A DNA stretch of 64,000 nt from Dimorphilus gyrociliatus (Eukaryota > Animalia > Annelida): NCBI GenBank assembly GCA_904063045.1, contig CAJFCJ010000005.1, forward strand, positions 3,466,165 through 3,530,164, given 5' to 3'. The notes beneath the pieces were generated by a model, which was given only the letters and a program-made list of their open reading frames with translations, did no database searches and was not told the DNA's origin. A program made the position numbers and the translations under genes. Positions 59,336 to 64,000 of the stretch are shown here, piece by piece. Every line of letters begins with the position of its first letter. Within the stretch, counting starts at the first letter, position 1.

Positions 59336-62300
59336 TCAATTGTGTGTAAAAGCTCCTTCTGCATATAGTAAACTTAAAACCCTACTATATAACTCTTTTT
59401 CGCCTACAATTTTCTTAATTTCGTCTTCGGTTGGTTCAAAATTTTCGTCTTTTCCATCATGAAGATGACGAATATCTCCATACACTTGACAAAATTTCTC
59501 CTCTCCTATTTCTTGTTCTAACTCTATTCTTAATTCTTCAATTCTGCTAAATGTATCATTAGGATTTGATGCTAATGCATCTTCGAAAAACTCATCATCA
59601 TCATCATCTTCTTCATTGTTTGCGTTTTTGTCTATAGCTAAATCATCGCCTTCTCTAGTTAACGTAAAAAAGACAGTAGCCATATTTTCTTGAAATTGTT
59701 TCATTTCCTCGTCTAACGATTTGCGAACAACGGGTTTACGCTTCTTCTTCTTCTTCCTTTTTTCACTTCTGGACGTTATTGGCTCGGCGTCATCTGTATT
59801 CAATACGCTTGCATAACTGTCCCGAACGCTTCGAATATCTTCATCATCGCTATTTTCGTCATTGTCTTCCCTGTAGGGATTATTTGTTGATAAATTATTC
59901 ATGAAATTACATAACTTCCCACTTACCCTTCTTTATCAGAGGTGAGTGTTGTATCCAAGCCTGATGTATCAGAAGTTTTAGCTTCTTCTTCATCATCGTC
60001 ATTATTAGCTTCATTATCTTCAGCGTCTTCACCGATTTCATCATCTAAATCTTCCAAACTTTTCGAGACAGATCCAACTTTTTCATTACCGGCCTGTTTG
60101 ATATCTTTATCTTCTAATGTTCTAGTAAACAGCTCACCCAGATCTGGACAGGAACAAGTTTTCAATAGTTTAGCGCTAACATCAAATTTTCCCGTCGCCA
60201 GACTATTGACGACATCTTCCTCGTCGTCAGCCTTATCATCTTCATTTAAGTCAACTTTATCAATTAAACCTTCACTGTCCTTCTGAATAGTAACTGTTTT
60301 GTTAGGCTGATTTCCTTTTTCAAGTGGAGCATTACAAAGATAGCTCAAAACCGATCCAGGTCTTGAATCCCATTGTTCTCTATCATTTTTAATTTCCTCG
60401 TTTTCTAATTTCTTTAATACGGATTCAGATCTTGGTCCCCATTTTTTTCGATCGCTCTCATCTTGATTGTTATCACCTTTGTCATCCAATGGTGCTGAAT
60501 AAAAGATAAGTATTTTCATATAAAATTAATTTCTACTGTTTCATGATGAATAGAAACTGATATTATCCCCTCAAAGCCAATTAATAAAACATTTCTCTTG
60601 AAATAGCAATTACACTAATGCTAGTGTATAATGAAATACTTACTTTCTAATGCAACAGTTTGTTTTTCTAAACTTTTTTCTGCTAATTCTTTCAAGTCAA
60701 CAGGTTTGTCCCATTTTTTATGTTCTTCCAAGAGAGCAGTTTGCTTTTCTAGGCTTTTATCTGCTAATTCTTTTAAATCAACTGGTTCTTCCCACTTTTT
60801 CTCATTTAGCTTCTTTAAAATTTGTTTCTTTTGCAGTTTTCTCGTTTTTTCATCATCGACTCCTATAGCTTCCATAGCAGCCGTTAAGCCATGAGTTTCT
60901 TGTTTACTTCATGAAAATAATGAAAGGTTTGAAAAGAGCTATATTCTAATTAAAAGTGTGTATTCTACCTGGGCATTGCTCCAATAGCATGCATAGCAGC
61001 CGTAATTGGTGGTCCTTCACTGTTACCGAGTATATTATTTAAGATGTGAAAAATATTAAATATTTTTAAGTATTGACGAAGTATTATATTACTTTAATTT
61101 AGGTTTTATAGCTAATCTCTGTTTTTCAATCTCTTCGATTTCCTTTCTCCTTCTCTCCAATTCTTTTTGACGTAGTTTAGCTCTTTGCTCAATTAATTTT
61201 TGCTGAAAAATTGGGTTCATCATATGCATATAACTAATTATATAAAGTATTGTATCAATTATAATATTATTTTACCTGTTCTGCTCTTAAATTTTCTATT
61301 TTCTGTACAAATAATAAAGAAGTAAGAATTTATAATTGTGAAGGTATTGATAATAAATAACCTTATCGAAGGCTAGTTGATCCTGTCCTCTTTTATCTAC
61401 TGAATTTTTATCACGATAATGTTGTAAATCGGCTTTGAATCTTTCTTCATTATTCCTAGCTCCACTGGGAGGTCTTCCCATCTAAAAACCCATTAGAGTC
61501 TAATATTTATAAATAAAAAGACATAAATATATATATTTAACCCCATAAATATCAGCTCTGGCTCTATTTTTATTCTTTAAATACTCGTTTTGTCTTTGTT
61601 GAAATTCAGACAAAACTTTCGCCGCCGAAGCAGCAACTTCTCCTTGTTTTCTGTAGAGTAGAGAGACAAGATATTTAAAAATCGAACGTTTTAAAAAATG
61701 TACACCTATAAAACATCTTAATATGACTAATAGTAGGCAAATTTTCTTCAATAAGGACAACTATGAAAAATTTCGTGTTAATATTACCAAAAATATACTT
61801 GAAAAAAGCACACATCAAACACTATACACGCATGATTTCTTTTTTAAATATATAATATTATTTGATACATAATAAAACAGAAAAAACGTATTTTTCTCTT
61901 TCATTTATGGACTTTCCAAAGCCAAAAGAGGATACACCGAAATGTCGATAAACATATTTTTTATGCAATAGATAAATGGTTTTGTATAATAAAAAAAAAT
62001 TATGAAAAAACACTTTTGTATACGCTCATACAAACAAAAGTATATACTAATACTATGTGTTTTATTGTATGGACATGTTATGTCTACTTACGCTGCGTTT
62101 CTTGCTCTAGCTATTGGGTCTTCAGGTGAAGCTTTAACGACTTTGTTTTTGTTAAATTTATTTAACCATTCGTAATACTTGTCATAATTTCCTAAAATGA
62201 CTTCCTTATGCGGATTGGGGGATTGTCGATTATCTCCAGCCGCAACGGGAAATTTGGCAGGTGCAGGAGATGGAGATGGCGCTTGCTTCCTATCTTCTCC

Positions 62301-64000
62301 TTCCAAAATACTTTTCCAACCAGCTTCTCGTGCTTTATTCATCCTGGCTACCTAATAAAAAATAATAATAATAATGCTACAATTTAACATTATGCCTTAG
62401 CCTTTAACATACTTTTTCCTTATCAGCAAATTCCCTTTGTTTTCTAAGTGCCTCCTAGAAAAAAAGCATAAATGTACATTTTAATGATATTATAAAACTA
62501 TAATTAATTAACTGTTGCATAATCATTAAAAAAGTCTAATAAAAGGATTATGTTTCCTTTTTTCCGGAACAAAATAATAACTGGAATTTTTACAATAAAA
62601 AAAATAGAGCACTAAATCACATTGTTAGTAAGTAAGCTGAAATTAAGAAATAGAGAAAGGAAAAAAAAAGGTTTTTACAGTTTTGTTCTTTTTCTTATTT
62701 TCCTCAGGTTTAGATTTCGATGAAACAATTATCTACGTTTTTTTTTATAAGTAAACTAATTATATTTCGAAAGAAAGAGTTTTCTCTTTTTAACAGAAAG
62801 TCTGTCATTTGTATTACCCTTTTTCTTTCGTCTCTTCTTCTTCCACTTTCCAATTCTTGTTTTCTCTTTTCTAGATCTAACAGGTGTTGTCTATTCTGTG
62901 CTGAAGACGGTCGCTTCAGGGGTGTTGGTACTGGTGTCTTGTTTCTCTTCGGTGCATAGGCTGATGCTGGATTATATCTTGGAGATGGTGCCGGAGTTTT
63001 TCGAGCTAATTAAAAAATTTATAAATGTAAAAGAAATTTTTTTTAAATGATTTATTTTTAAAACCTGCAGATGACGGTCTAGGAGGAGCTTTTATTGGTG
63101 ACGGTTTGACTACTCCATCTATTGGCATCAAGTTCTTCTTAACTTTTACTCCATGCATTACAGTGTGACTAAATTCGTCGAGATATTCCTTTGTAATAAA
63201 TTTTAACAATTAATTAAAAAATCAAGTACAAAGAGCTTATCACTATGCAGAAAGAAATGAGCGTAAAGTTATCTCACCGAGTGACTAAGAAAGTTAACAA
63301 TCCTCTTTTGAAGTAAAGGCTTTTTTAAAATGGCATTTATGGACGGACGATCACCTGGACTTCTTTTCAAGGTCGAGGCTATTAATAATCTTAAATCAGC
63401 TGTATACCGTGGAGGTGGAGGATTATAGCTGCCTCTACTAATTTTCATGATTAGTAGTTTCATATTTCCGGCTTCAAACTTGAAAAAGTATTTATTAAAT
63501 TTTGTATTCTATAAATTCACGAAAGTACTTACTGCATGCTTCAAAGTTGTCAATTCGTATAGAACGCAGCCAAGAGACCAAACATCAGATTTATTATTAT
63601 ACGGTTTATTTTCAACTATTTCAGGAGATAAATAATAAGGTGTTCCAATGCAAGTTTTAGCTAACTCAACAGTAGAATTTAGTACTTTAGCAATTCCAAA
63701 ATCACCCAATTTAACTATACCATTCCTTGTAAGGAAAATGTTCTAAAATAAAGAAGAAGTAGAGATAATCAATTTAAATATATTTAAATTTTAATAGCTC
63801 AATTATTTAATTATCACACCTGAGATTTTATATCCCTATGCAGAATTTTCCTGTCATGAATGTGTTTAACCGATAGACATATTTGAACAAACCAATCAAG
63901 AATCTTTAAAAGGAAGAGAAAATAGAATTTTTAATTAATTTATTAGAAAAAGTAATAGTTTCTTATGGAATAAAATATTTGCTAACTTGTTCTTCAGGGA
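59336..64000 (-). CDS. NEK1: NIMA-related kinase 1 (3' portion; 5' end lies beyond the window)
   Basis: [67 protein letters not shown] motif, and C-terminal [20 protein letters not shown] are typical of NEK1. Confidence 0.9.
60640..60805 (-). repeat. 81-bp (27-aa) in-frame tandem duplication in a NEK1 exon
   Basis: [27 protein letters not shown] followed by [25 protein letters not shown]. Confidence 0.85.

Noticed and set aside
4609-63635. Numerous short antisense or intron-spanning ORFs in the supplied track (e.g. 4609-4884, 7634-8394, 16060-16389, 29875-30066, 39833-40249, 59942-60286, 60631-60894)
   Set aside because: They are shadows of real genes on the opposite strand or AT-rich chance ORFs with TTG/GTG starts. 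No domain features.
1-64000. Intact transposable element, rRNA or snRNA genes
   Set aside because: No transposase/RT motifs, long TIR pairs or recognisable rRNA/snRNA sequences were seen.

Overview
AT-rich, gene-dense eukaryotic (metazoan) genomic DNA with mostly ~50-90 nt GT-AG introns. The gene content and compaction look like a miniaturised lophotrochozoan genome such as an annelid; this is inference, and the species cannot be proven from sequence alone. About 20 protein-coding genes can be reconstructed by eye: a two-domain small HSP, a secreted SUEL-lectin/ShKT protein, NELFE, a C2H2 zinc-finger gene, SNX1/2, EPB41L5/Yurt, a C20orf96 homologue, a DNAAF8/Daap1-like multi-NDK protein, RASSF7/8, LRRFIP2, two small PY-motif proteins, BLCAP, MMAB, MRPS15, an orphan ORF, a CARD-only protein missed by the ORF track, CFAP210/CCDC173, a peptide-type GPCR and the 3' part of NEK1. 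The most striking locus is 21.4-26.3 kb. It holds 13 intact and 2 decayed tRNA-Thr(UGU) genes, and every intact copy carries a canonical-position intron (18, 34 or 36 nt). The array includes a 186-bp tandem run and a ~756-bp near-perfect inverted repeat whose arms bracket the promoter and first three exons of the C20orf96-like gene, and four of the tRNAs sit inside an intron of that gene. A second window-wide signal is at least 15 exact copies of TATAC(A/T)GTATA in TA tracts, matching the TA-CAG/CTG-TA excision footprint of Tc1-like (Sleeping Beauty-type) transposons, although no intact element was seen. All gene models were spliced by eye, so internal exon boundaries are approximate.
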